Positions 52,774-64,000 of a DNA stretch of 64,000 bases are shown piece by piece. The DNA comes from an uncultured Arcobacter sp. Lineage in GTDB: Bacteria; Campylobacterota; Campylobacteria; Campylobacterales; Arcobacteraceae. The first letter of the stretch is position 1; every line of letters starts with the position of its first letter. The position numbers were made by a program, and so were the translations under genes. The notes under the pieces are model-generated. The model ran no database searches, was not told where the DNA came from, and was given only the letters and a program-made list of their open reading frames with translations. The stretch is from the NCBI GenBank assembly GCA_965140705.1, contig OZ223300.1:64001-128000 (forward strand), in the 5' to 3' direction.

Positions 52774-53431
52774 AAAAGTACTACTTATAGAAGATGATTT
52801 GCAAATGCAAAGTTTGATAAGTGATTATCTAAAAGATTATCACTTTGATTGTACATCATTTGCAAACCCAAAAGATGCCCTTGATGAATTTAGCAAAAAT
52901 CAAGATTTTTCTATTGCCATATTAGATTTAATGTTGCCAACAATGGATGGTTTTGATTTATTTAAAAAATTAAAACAGATAAAAGATATACCTATTATCA
53001 TTTCATCTGCCAGAGGTGATATTGGAAATAAAATACATGGCTTTGAGTTAGGGGTTGATGATTATTTAGCAAAACCTTACGAACCAAGGGAATTAGTACT
53101 TAGAATAGAGTATATTTTAAAAAAATACTCAAGTAAAAAAATAGAAATTGGTGCTTTTGAAATAAATAAAGAAAACAGAGAAGTAATAGTTGACAATTTT
53201 CCAGTTGAATTTACAAAAATAGAGTTTGAGATTTTTCTTTTTTTAATAGAGAACCTAAATAAAATCTCTTCAAGAGAACAAATACTTCATGCCACGTCAC
53301 TAGATCCAAATACAAAAAATAGAACAATAGATATGCACATATCAAATATAAGATATAAAATTGGTGATGACTCAAAAAACCCAAAATACATAAAGTCTGT
53401 TTGGGGTGTTGGTTATAAGTTTGTGAGTTAA
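52766..53431 (+). CDS. OmpR-family response regulator
   Basis: IEDD, LDLMLP, KPY, RTIDMHISNIR, VWGVGY. Confidence 0.93.
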   Translation: MNRKVLLIEDDLQMQSLISDYLKDYHFDCTSFANPKDALDEFSKNQDFSIAILDLMLPTMDGFDLFKKLKQIKDIPIIISSARGDIGNKIHGFELGVDDYLAKPYEPRELVLRIEYILKKYSSKKIEIGAFEINKENREVIVDNFPVEFTKIEFEIFLFLIENLNKISSREQILHATSLDPNTKNRTIDMHISNIRYKIGDDSKNPKYIKSVWGVGYKFVS

Positions 53432-53432
53432 G

Positions 53433-54626
53433 ATGAGTATAACAAAAAAGATCTCCATATTATTTATCATAAGCCTTATTCTTATGAGCATAATTGGATA
53501 TTGGATAGATAGTATAAATTCACAAAGAATAGATAGCCTAATAAAAGATAAATATTTAAAAATAGCAAATGAGATTTATCAAAATATAGATAATACAAGT
53601 TTAGTAAATCAAATAATCAAAGATTATAAATTAAAACCCATCAAAAAAAATGAAACAAAAGAAGAGAAGATTTTATACACTGAAGCTCACACTTTTGGCT
53701 CTATTTCTATATTTCAAAAGGGCTTTGATGATGAGCTTATTCTTCATATAAAATATCTTGAAGATGAATATATTTTAAAAACTCAAGATGAAAAAAATCT
53801 AAATGAAAAACTTACATTAAATATTTTGGTTTTTCTTGATGTTTTTGTTTTACTTCTTATTTTTTTATATATTATAAAACTACTCTCTCCACTTAAAAAA
53901 ATCACCAAAGAGATAGAGAGCTTTTCAAAGGGTGATTTAAGTGCAAGAATTAAAATCAAATCAAATGATGAGATTGGAAGATTAGCAAATACTTTTAATA
54001 AAATGGCAAATAATTTAGAAGAGTTAATTAAAACAAGAGAAGCCCTACTTAGAGATATTGGACATGAGTTAAGAACTCCAATTGCTAAGGGTAAATTTGC
54101 CATAGAAAAGATTGATAACTTTTCACAAAAAGAGCTTTTAAAAAAGATATTTTCTGATTTAGAAATTTTGACGAATGAGTTAATAGAACTTGAAAAACTA
54201 AACTCATCAAAACTAGATATTACAAAATTTAGTGCTGAGACTTTGATTTTAGAAGCATTAGATAAACTATATATAAATGATGAAACAAAAATAAATTTAA
54301 TAATAGAAGATGATTTTAAAATAGAAGGTGATTTAAATTATCTATGCATTACTTTAAAAAATTTAATTGATAATGCCCTTAAATATGCAACTTCATTACC
54401 TATAATCATAGAAGCTAAGAATCAAACTATCTTCATAGAAAACAAAGGTGAAAAGTTATCAAAAGAGTTAGAGTATTATTTAAAACCATTTACCCAAGAG
54501 TTAGTTCAAAGAAATGGTTTTGGATTGGGGCTTAGTATTGTTGATAAGATTTTAAATAGACACTTCTTAAAACTTGAATATGAACACAAAAATAAAAGCA
54601 ATATTTTTAAAATCAACTTCAAATAG
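53433..54626 (+). CDS. Sensor histidine kinase (ArsS-like)
   Basis: 2 TM, HAMP, GHELRTP, NALKY, GFGLGL. Confidence 0.92.
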   Translation: MSITKKISILFIISLILMSIIGYWIDSINSQRIDSLIKDKYLKIANEIYQNIDNTSLVNQIIKDYKLKPIKKNETKEEKILYTEAHTFGSISIFQKGFDDELILHIKYLEDEYILKTQDEKNLNEKLTLNILVFLDVFVLLLIFLYIIKLLSPLKKITKEIESFSKGDLSARIKIKSNDEIGRLANTFNKMANNLEELIKTREALLRDIGHELRTPIAKGKFAIEKIDNFSQKELLKKIFSDLEILTNELIELEKLNSSKLDITKFSAETLILEALDKLYINDETKINLIIEDDFKIEGDLNYLCITLKNLIDNALKYATSLPIIIEAKNQTIFIENKGEKLSKELEYYLKPFTQELVQRNGFGLGLSIVDKILNRHFLKLEYEHKNKSNIFKINFK

Positions 54627-54673
54627 AAAATTTAGTATAATCCATAAAAATAAAATAAAAGAGTTATTAAAAA

Positions 54674-55279
54674 ATGACAGCCCTACAAATTGCAGACATC
54701 ATAGGAATAATTTGCTTCGCAGCAAGTGGCTTTTTAATTGCTGTGCATTATAACTTAGATATTTTAGGAATAGTTATCTCATCTTTCTTAACTGCCCTTG
54801 GTGGAGGAATGATTAGAGATACAATTGCAAATAAAACTCCATATATCTTCATAGATACACTTCCTGTAACACTTGTAATAGGAACAGTTTTTTTATCTCT
54901 TGCTTTTAAACTTCATAAAATAGCAGATTTTGAAGGTAAAACAGCTTTTATAATTTCTGATGCTATAGGTTTAGTCTCTTTTGCCATAACTGGCTCTATT
55001 ATAGCTATTGAAAATGAGTTCAATTTTTTGGGTGTTTTAATTTTAGCCTTTCTAACAGCTGTTGGAGGAGGAACAATTAGAGATATTCTAATAAATAGAG
55101 TACCATCAATACTTGTAAGTGAATTCTATGGAACAGTTGCAATAATAGTTGGTTTAGGTATGTATATTTTACAATTATTTGATGAAAGAAATATTTTTAA
55201 TATTACAATACTATTTATTATTGGTGTTCTTTTAAGATTGATAGCTTATTATAAAAAGTGGTCTTTACCAAAGTTATAA
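54674..55279 (+). CDS. TRIC/UPF0126-family membrane protein
   Basis: Duplicated TAxGGGxIRD motifs. Confidence 0.9.
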   Translation: MTALQIADIIGIICFAASGFLIAVHYNLDILGIVISSFLTALGGGMIRDTIANKTPYIFIDTLPVTLVIGTVFLSLAFKLHKIADFEGKTAFIISDAIGLVSFAITGSIIAIENEFNFLGVLILAFLTAVGGGTIRDILINRVPSILVSEFYGTVAIIVGLGMYILQLFDERNIFNITILFIIGVLLRLIAYYKKWSLPKL

Positions 55280-56200
55280 ATCTACTATAACTTTATTTTT
55301 ACCACTCTCTTTTGCAGTATAAAGTGCTTTATCTGCTCTATTAATTGTTGATTCAATATCTTTATCAAGTTGAGCATCAAATTGGGCCACACCCAAACTA
55401 AGAGTAAAGTTAAACTTTTTAGCTTTTACTTCCACAAAAAAATCTTCAACATTTTGTCTAATATTCTCTGCTACACTTTGGGCAAAGGCTAAAGAAGTAT
55501 TATATAAAAGAATTACAAACTCTTCTCCACCGAATCTAGCTACAATATCACTTTTTCTACAATTATTTTCTAATATTCTTGAAAGGGAAACTATAACTTT
55601 ATCCCCAACAGAGTGACCATAAGTATCATTTATATTTTTAAAATTATCAACATCCAAAATAATAATTGAAATGTGATGATTATTTCTAATAGAAAGACTT
55701 TGCATCGTAGTAGCTGCTTCTGTAAAATATCTTCTATTATATAATTGAGTAAGTGGATCTTTACTAGAGAGTTCTTTTAACTCTTCGTTTAATTTTTTTA
55801 ATCGTTCACTTGACTCATGGAGTTTCGTATGGTCATAAATATATAAACAAACTAATCTTTTTTCCAAATCATAAGGTACTAAGGTAACATCTTGTCTCAT
55901 ATATTTAAAGACTTTCCCCATTATACTATTTGATTTAATTTTAATTAGATACTCATGTGGTTCTACACTAAAAAATGAGCTGCTTTTTGTTATAAGAACT
56001 GATTTTATTTTTCTTACTAATTTTTTTCTATCTATATAAGAAAATTTTTCGCAAATATCATGATCAACTATTTCACTTGCTTTTACACCTGTTTTAACTT
56101 CAAGCCACTTATTCCAAGCTTTTATATTTAGATTTTCATCTAAAATTATTATCCCATTATCAATTGTGTTAAAAATAATATTGTTATTTAAAAATTCCAT
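55274..56200 (-). CDS. PAS-GGDEF diguanylate cyclase
   Basis: DPLTQLYNRR, RKSD I-site, GGEEF. Confidence 0.92.
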   Translation of the reverse strand: MEFLNNNIIFNTIDNGIIILDENLNIKAWNKWLEVKTGVKASEIVDHDICEKFSYIDRKKLVRKIKSVLITKSSSFFSVEPHEYLIKIKSNSIMGKVFKYMRQDVTLVPYDLEKRLVCLYIYDHTKLHESSERLKKLNEELKELSSKDPLTQLYNRRYFTEAATTMQSLSIRNNHHISIIILDVDNFKNINDTYGHSVGDKVIVSLSRILENNCRKSDIVARFGGEEFVILLYNTSLAFAQSVAENIRQNVEDFFVEVKAKKFNFTLSLGVAQFDAQLDKDIESTINRADKALYTAKESGKNKVIVDL

Positions 56201-56818
56201 TTAAATCTCATCCATTATTTTATCTAATGCACTTTTCATAAATCCTATAGAATCATCTCTTAGCATCATAATTAATTCACTGTGTATATTTTGAACTTCA
56301 AATTCTATTAGAGTTGAGATAATTATTATATGATTATATTCTACATGATAATGTTCTTCTAAATTTTGGGCAGACTCTACTATTTTCACATCAGGTGGTG
56401 AAAATAAGATATCCGTCTCTATTAGTTCAGCTAGTTTACTAGAAGTAGTTGAAGAGATAATATTTGTAATTTCTAAAACTACATCTTTTAATTCATCTTC
56501 ATTTATATCTGATTCATTTAAATCAAATTCTAAAGCTAAATTTTTTAGTGAACTTTCATCAATTAAAAAAAGATTTTCCCCTGAAAGTTTTCCATCAATT
56601 AATTGACTAACTAAATAACAAGCAGGATAGTGTTCCACTTTTTCTTGGATATAATCCTTAAAGTCATTACTTGATAAAGTGACAATTTTAGGAATACTAA
56701 GGTTTGCAAATTTTCCAATAATATCTGCAATAGCTGCTGTTGCAGAACCATAAGATATATTCATCAACTCTTGTAAACAATCTTTTTGATCATCACTAAA
56801 ACAGTTGCTGTCGTTCAT
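56201..56818 (-). CDS. CheC-family phosphatase-like protein
   Basis: DCLQELMNI and EITNII (E-x2-N) motifs, FSPP. Confidence 0.85.
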   Translation of the reverse strand: MNDSNCFSDDQKDCLQELMNISYGSATAAIADIIGKFANLSIPKIVTLSSNDFKDYIQEKVEHYPACYLVSQLIDGKLSGENLFLIDESSLKNLALEFDLNESDINEDELKDVVLEITNIISSTTSSKLAELIETDILFSPPDVKIVESAQNLEEHYHVEYNHIIIISTLIEFEVQNIHSELIMMLRDDSIGFMKSALDKIMDEI

Positions 56819-57183
56819 TATAAAACCTTTAATTTTAAAAGAATTTGTTTAAGATTTTCTTCATTAATCGGTTTTTTAATAAACCCTAGTGCTCCATTTT
56901 CTTTTGCTTTTGCTTTTGATGCTTCTTGAATATCTGCACTCACTACAATTATTTTTGCATTTTTGTCAATTTTACATATTTTTTCTACTGCATCAAAACC
57001 ATTCATCTCAGGCATCGTTAAATCCATAAAAGTAATAATAGGAGATACCTCTTCATAGAGTTTTATAGCTTCTAAGCCATTAGTTGCTTCAAAAACTTCT
57101 ATTTCGTCACCAACTAAATTTTTTAAATCCTTAATTAGCATTTTTCTTGCCATTTTAGAATCATCACAAACTAAATATTTCAT
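56818..57183 (-). CDS. Single-domain response regulator (CheY-like)
   Basis: CDDS, MDLTMP, SADIQ, KKP. Confidence 0.9.
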   Translation of the reverse strand: MKYLVCDDSKMARKMLIKDLKNLVGDEIEVFEATNGLEAIKLYEEVSPIITFMDLTMPEMNGFDAVEKICKIDKNAKIIVVSADIQEASKAKAKENGALGFIKKPINEENLKQILLKLKVL

Positions 57184-57238
57184 TATTTCTCCAAAACGAT
57201 TATTAATTTATTATAGGAAAAATAGTATTAAATACTAC

Positions 57239-57814
57239 TCAACTTAACAATTTTTTAAATGCTTTTATGATAGCTTTTTTCTCTAAATTTTTAATTTTTT
57301 CTTCTAAAGTTTCTATATTTTCATCATTTGATAAGGAAATTTTTTCTTGAATTATATATTTTCCTTCATCATAATTTTCATTTACAAAATGTATTGTACA
57401 ACCAGATTCTTTTTGTTTTTCTTTTATTACAGCTTCATGTACAAATCTTCCATACATTCCTTTACCACCGAACTTTGGTAATAATGCAGGATGAGAATTT
57501 ATGATTTTATTTGGGAAGTTTTTTAAAAGATTTTTTTCGATTTTTTTCATATAGCCTGATAAAAATATATAATCAACTTTGAACTCAAGCATTAGTTTAG
57601 TAATTTTTTCATCAAGGTTTTCATTTGGATATTTTTTTGCATTTACAACAAAATTTGGAATATAATTTTTTGATGCTTTTTGTAACACTTTTGCCTCTTG
57701 GTTATTAGATATCACTAATACCACTTGTGCATTTAAAGTTTTGTTTTCACAAGCTTCTAAAAGTGTATCAAAACCACTTCCATTGTGTGAAGAGAGTATT
57801 CCAATTCGTTTCAT
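57239..57814 (-). CDS. purN: Phosphoribosylglycinamide formyltransferase
   Basis: SHNGS, SGYMK, INSHPALLPKFGGKGMYG, YDEG. Confidence 0.92.
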   Translation of the reverse strand: MKRIGILSSHNGSGFDTLLEACENKTLNAQVVLVISNNQEAKVLQKASKNYIPNFVVNAKKYPNENLDEKITKLMLEFKVDYIFLSGYMKKIEKNLLKNFPNKIINSHPALLPKFGGKGMYGRFVHEAVIKEKQKESGCTIHFVNENYDEGKYIIQEKISLSNDENIETLEEKIKNLEKKAIIKAFKKLLS

Positions 57815-57870
57815 TTATTATCCTAATATTTCATAAAAGCGAATTATAACAACTTTACTTTAAACTAATC

Positions 57871-58752
57871 TCATGCTTTTTTTCCTTTATTTATTAAAAA
57901 TACTCCTAAAAATATAAATCCTGTAGCAATAATATCAATTAATTTAATATCTTCTCCCACAATAAATATTGCAATAATAAGTGCAACCACAGGAGGAATA
58001 TATGTAATTGAAGAAGCCTTTAGTGCTCCTAGTTTTTCAATCATATAATAATAAATAATATAAGCTAATCCCGTACCTAATAATCCTAAACCAATAACCA
58101 AACCAAGTGCACTATGTGTATCTTGCCAAATATTATTTATTCCATCAAAATCTGTAATAAATAGTAAAATCAAAACACCAAAACCTAATTGATAAGTAGT
58201 AAGTGCTTGGGCTTTTAGTTTTAAAGGCATAACGTACTTTTTAGCATAAATAAATGATGCTCCCACACTAAGTGATCCCAAAACCATATAAAGCATTCCT
58301 TCCATACTAGAAGCCATAATATTTTCATTAAATACATCACTTATTAGAATAACTCCTAAAAATCCTATAAAAACACCTAAAAAAGCCAATTTTGTAATTT
58401 TTTCTTCTTTTAGAAAAATTGCTGCTAATAAAAATGAAAAAAGAGGAATTGAGCCACTTAAAGCTCCTGCAACTCCAGATAAAAGTAAAGCACACCCTTT
58501 TACAAATCCAAAATAATAAACAACAGTTGCAAGTAAAGACATAACAATAAAATGAAAACTATATTTAAAATCTTTTAGTTTCAAACTTTTTGTATAAAGT
58601 GCATATAAAAATACTGGAATAAATCCAAATAAAACCCTGAAAAAAACAACTTGCATAGGGGAAATATAATCAGCTGCCATCTTCATATAAATAAAATTAC
58701 TTCCCCAAATAATTCCTAAAGCCCAAAAGGCAATAATTGCTAAATTTTTCAT
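57871..58752 (-). CDS. EamA/DMT transporter
   Basis: IWGSNF, ~10 TMs, GTGLAY, GE. Confidence 0.9.
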   Translation of the reverse strand: MKNLAIIAFWALGIIWGSNFIYMKMAADYISPMQVVFFRVLFGFIPVFLYALYTKSLKLKDFKYSFHFIVMSLLATVVYYFGFVKGCALLLSGVAGALSGSIPLFSFLLAAIFLKEEKITKLAFLGVFIGFLGVILISDVFNENIMASSMEGMLYMVLGSLSVGASFIYAKKYVMPLKLKAQALTTYQLGFGVLILLFITDFDGINNIWQDTHSALGLVIGLGLLGTGLAYIIYYYMIEKLGALKASSITYIPPVVALIIAIFIVGEDIKLIDIIATGFIFLGVFLINKGKKA

Positions 58753-59222
58753 TTTAATCTTTGTGCATGAGTTAAGGCAATTGCAATTGCATCTGTGATA
58801 TCAAGAGGTTTTATCTCTTTTTTTATACCTAATAATCTTTTTACCATAAAAGCCACTTGTTCTTTTGCCGCTTTTCCATTTCCAGTAACTGCTTTTTTAA
58901 CTTGTAAAGGAGTGTATTCAGAAAAATTTCCAAATTTTTGTAAAATTTTTAAAGATATGGCACCTCTAAATTGAGCAAGTTTAATAACACTTTTTGGATT
59001 GAAAGCATAAAACATATCTTCTATTGCTACTTCACTTATTTCATGATTTGAAAAAATCAAATCTAAGCCTTCAACCATTTCAACTATTTGCTCTTGTAAA
59101 ATTTTACTTTTTATTTTTATTAATCCAGCTTCACAAAGTCTTAATTCTCTATTATTTTTTTCTATAACTGCATAACCACAATTTATAGTTCCTGGATCAA
59201 TTCCTAATATCTTTTTTTTCAA
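58749..59222 (-). CDS. ruvC: Holliday junction resolvase
   Basis: [31 protein letters not shown]. Confidence 0.96.
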   Translation of the reverse strand: MKKKILGIDPGTINCGYAVIEKNNRELRLCEAGLIKIKSKILQEQIVEMVEGLDLIFSNHEISEVAIEDMFYAFNPKSVIKLAQFRGAISLKILQKFGNFSEYTPLQVKKAVTGNGKAAKEQVAFMVKRLLGIKKEIKPLDITDAIAIALTHAQRLK

Positions 59223-59342
59223 CTGTTCACATATCCTTAAAAAATCTATTCACTTACTAAAAGAGTGATATAATGGTAAAAACTTTATAAATTTTCACTT
59301 AAATTGTAAAGTTATTCAAAAGTTATTCACTACTTATTCAAC
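59223..59342. other. oriC1 DnaA-box cluster
   Basis: ctgttcaca 59223, ctattcact 59246, ttattcaaa 59312, ttattcact 59323, ttattcaac 59334. Confidence 0.78.
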
Positions 59343-59421
59343 ATAATTTTTATTATATCTTAGTTTTTAAAATATTTTAGATATAATATCTACCAATCAA
59401 ATAAAAAAGAGTTTATATTTA

Positions 59422-60735
59422 ATGACAACAAAAGAGATTTTATCAGTTTTAAAAAATGAAACATCAAAATCAGACTATGACAGATACCTAAAACAACTTG
59501 TATACAAAAAAATTTCATCTGACGATAACATAGCTATTTTTGAAGTTCCAAACAAATACATTGCAAACTGGATAAAAAGTAAATATTCAAAAATCATTCA
59601 ACACTGTATTGAGACAATAGATGGTACTAAGCCAACTGTTGAGATAAAATTAACTGGTGAAAAAAAGACAAAAAAAGAGATATTAAAAGAACAAGTTGGA
59701 AAATCAGATGTGGAAAGTACTATTTTAAATCCATCATATACTTTTGATTCTTTTGTAGTTGGTTCATCAAATCAAATGGCTTTTAATGCTTCCCTTGCAG
59801 TTTCAAAAAAACCAGGTATTCAATACAATCCATTATTTATTTATGGTGGAACTGGTTTAGGTAAAACTCACTTGCTTCAAGCAATTGGAAATGATGCAAT
59901 AGAGCATGGTAGAACAATTATTTATGTTACAATTGAACAGTTCATGAATGACTTTACTTTTGCAATTAAAAACAAAAATATGGAACACTTTAGAAGTAAA
60001 TATAGAAAATGTGATGTTTTACTAATCGATGATATTCAATTTTTAAGTGGAAAAGAACAAACCCAAGAAGAGTTCTTCCACACTTTTAATGAACTTCATA
60101 ATGCTGAAAAACAAATTGTTATGACTTCAGATAGACTTCCATCTCAAATAGCTGGACTTGTGGATAGACTAAAATCAAGATTTGAATGGGGTCTAACAGC
60201 TGATGTTCAAATACCAGGATTAGAGACAAAAATAGCAATTATTGAAAAGAAATCTGAATTAAATGGTATTCATTTAGATAGGGAAATAGTAAATTATATT
60301 GCTACAAACCTTGATAACTCTATTAGAGAAATAGAGGGTGTACTAATTAGAATAAATGCTAGTGCAGCCTTACTTAACCAAGAGATTAACTTACCTATGG
60401 TACAAAATCTTTTAAAAGAGCAAATTAAAGAAACAAAAGAAAATATAAAACTTCCTGATATAATAACAATCGTTGCAATAGAACTTAATATTAAACCAAG
60501 TGATATTAAATCTAAAAAAAGAACAGCAATTGTTGCAAATGCAAGAAGAATAGTGATATATTTAGCAAGAGAGTTAACACACAACTCTATGCCAGATATT
60601 GCTAAGTTTTTAGGTATGAAAGATCATAGTTCAATTTCTCATAATATTAAAAAAGCAAATGAGTTAATTGAAAAAGATGAAAATTTCAAACTTATAATAG
60701 AAAATTTAAAAAATAAAATCATAAATAGAGGGTAG
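59422..60735 (+). CDS. dnaA: Chromosomal replication initiator
   Basis: YNPLFIYGGTGLGKTHL, DDIQF, QEEFFHTFN, KDHSS. Confidence 0.98.
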   Translation: MTTKEILSVLKNETSKSDYDRYLKQLVYKKISSDDNIAIFEVPNKYIANWIKSKYSKIIQHCIETIDGTKPTVEIKLTGEKKTKKEILKEQVGKSDVESTILNPSYTFDSFVVGSSNQMAFNASLAVSKKPGIQYNPLFIYGGTGLGKTHLLQAIGNDAIEHGRTIIYVTIEQFMNDFTFAIKNKNMEHFRSKYRKCDVLLIDDIQFLSGKEQTQEEFFHTFNELHNAEKQIVMTSDRLPSQIAGLVDRLKSRFEWGLTADVQIPGLETKIAIIEKKSELNGIHLDREIVNYIATNLDNSIREIEGVLIRINASAALLNQEINLPMVQNLLKEQIKETKENIKLPDIITIVAIELNIKPSDIKSKKRTAIVANARRIVIYLARELTHNSMPDIAKFLGMKDHSSISHNIKKANELIEKDENFKLIIENLKNKIINRG

Positions 60736-60759
60736 GTGTAGAAAAGTTTCAAAACGTTA

Positions 60760-60890
60760 TGTGAATAGGTGTGAATATCTTTAATCTTTTTATCACTCTT
60801 CCTAGAGCTGATATAATAGAGTTATTTCAAGAGTTTTCATCTATTCACATAGTCTACTACTACCACTAAATTAAAATAATAAATAAAGGG
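60760..60890. other. oriC2: DnaA boxes, DnaA-trios and AT-rich DUE
   Basis: tgtgaatag 60760, tgtgaatat 60770, ctattcaca 60841, then cta cta cta cca cta 60854-60868 and an AT tract. Confidence 0.82.
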
Positions 60891-60896
60891 GATAAC

Positions 60897-61967
60897 ATGA
60901 GATTTATCATTGCTAAAAATATCTTTGAAAATATAATCTCTTCAATGCAACCATTTTTAGAAAAAAAAGATTCTAGTTCTATTACTTCACATATATATTT
61001 AGAAGTAATAAATTCTAAATTAATATTAAAAGCTACAGATTATGAAATTGGATTAGAATCTTATGTTAATGATATTGAAGAATCAACAGATGGAAAAGGT
61101 ACAGTTAATGGAAGTAATTTATTAGGTATCATTAAAAGATTAAAAAATGACAAAATTATTGTTGAAACTATAGATAACAATTTAGTTATAAAACAAAATA
61201 GATCAACTTTTAAATTACCTATGTATGATGCAAATGAATATCCTAATTTAATTATGAATACTGAATTAAATATATTAAATATTTCAACAATTAGTTTAGT
61301 AAATAGTATAAGAAAAATTACACCTGCAATTGATAACAATAATCCAAAATTTGAATTAAATGGTGCTTTAATTGATATTAAAAATTCTAAAATAAATTTT
61401 GTAGCAACAGATACAAGAAGACTTGCTATTTCTCATTTACAAAATATTTCGAATAATGAATCACAATTTATTATTCCTAAAAAAGCAATCATAGAAATTC
61501 AAAAACTATTTTTAGATGATGCAAAAATATCTTATGATGATACAAATTTAGTAGTAGAAACTGATAATTCTAAATTTTTCACAAAATTAATAAACGGAAA
61601 ATTCCCAGATTATGAAAGAATTATTCCAAATAGTTTAAAATATAATTTAACATTACCAAAAGCTGTTTTAATAGATTCTATTAAATTAGTTACATCTTTA
61701 TTTTCAAATATCAAAATTACATTTTCTCCAAATTCTATGGTATTTGAATCTTTAGATGAAGATACAGAATCTAAAACTCAAATTGATATTGATTTAAATA
61801 TTAGTGAAAATTTTTATTTAGCAGTAAATGCTAAATATTTATTAGATTTTTTAAGTATGTCAAATAATGAAAATGTTGTAGTTGGATTCAATGAATCTAA
61901 TTTACCATTTTATTTAGAAGATGATAAATTTTTTACAATTGTAATGCCAATTGTGTTAGACAAATAA
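60897..61967 (+). CDS. dnaN: DNA polymerase III beta clamp
   Basis: ATDYEI, VATDTRRL, GKFPDYERIIP, VMPI; follows dnaA. Confidence 0.97.
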   Translation: MRFIIAKNIFENIISSMQPFLEKKDSSSITSHIYLEVINSKLILKATDYEIGLESYVNDIEESTDGKGTVNGSNLLGIIKRLKNDKIIVETIDNNLVIKQNRSTFKLPMYDANEYPNLIMNTELNILNISTISLVNSIRKITPAIDNNNPKFELNGALIDIKNSKINFVATDTRRLAISHLQNISNNESQFIIPKKAIIEIQKLFLDDAKISYDDTNLVVETDNSKFFTKLINGKFPDYERIIPNSLKYNLTLPKAVLIDSIKLVTSLFSNIKITFSPNSMVFESLDEDTESKTQIDIDLNISENFYLAVNAKYLLDFLSMSNNENVVVGFNESNLPFYLEDDKFFTIVMPIVLDK

Positions 61968-61980
61968 AAAAGGATAATTA

Positions 61981-64000
<2,020 letters not shown>

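Noticed and set aside
58..61339. Many 60-106 aa ORFs antisense to or out of frame within long genes (e.g. 58-276, 16256-16546, 27334-27648, 47604-47849, 53783-54103)
   Set aside because: Shadow ORFs overlapping well-supported genes, with no motifs or RBS

Overview
AT-rich chromosomal window from a Campylobacterota bacterium, most likely Arcobacteraceae (inferred from the ruvC-dnaA-dnaN-gyrB order, TTCAC-core DnaA boxes and HQW-type kinases), ending at the replication origin. From left to right it contains: a sulfate assimilation operon (cysH-cysD-cysN-sulfite/nitrite reductase-PLP enzyme); a PhoX lipoprotein with a di-CxxCH partner; a PAS + NIT chemoreceptor pair; hsp20 under tandem CIRCE and HAIR-like operators; a binding protein plus a kinase lacking its phospho-His; typA; yedE/yedF; and glutaminase. 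Next is a ~15 kb surface-protein block in which two paralogous 7TM-DISM kinase/OmpR-regulator pairs each face a different secretion module: two-partner secretion, and a Slam/T11SS-like translocon with tandemly duplicated FecR-barrel cargo. Both promoters carry the same TGATTTT-N4-TGATTTT-N4-TGn(-10) motif. This is followed by an ABC exporter operon with a degenerate haem-copper-oxidase subunit I-like protein, sulP-usp, eptA-pap2-dgkA, an SHP/DHC/cytochrome b cluster with a CpxP-like protein and a two-component system, a CheY-CheC-GGDEF module, purN, a DMT transporter, ruvC, and bipartite oriC with dnaA, dnaN and gyrB. Reading the intergenic DNA revealed two paralogous 31-35 aa membrane micro-proteins that are not in the ORF track. 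Two single-base frameshifts (gyrB, cytochrome b-DHC) suggest assembly indel errors. No rRNA, tRNA, CRISPR array or IS element was recognised. All calls come from motif recognition by eye; no searches were run.
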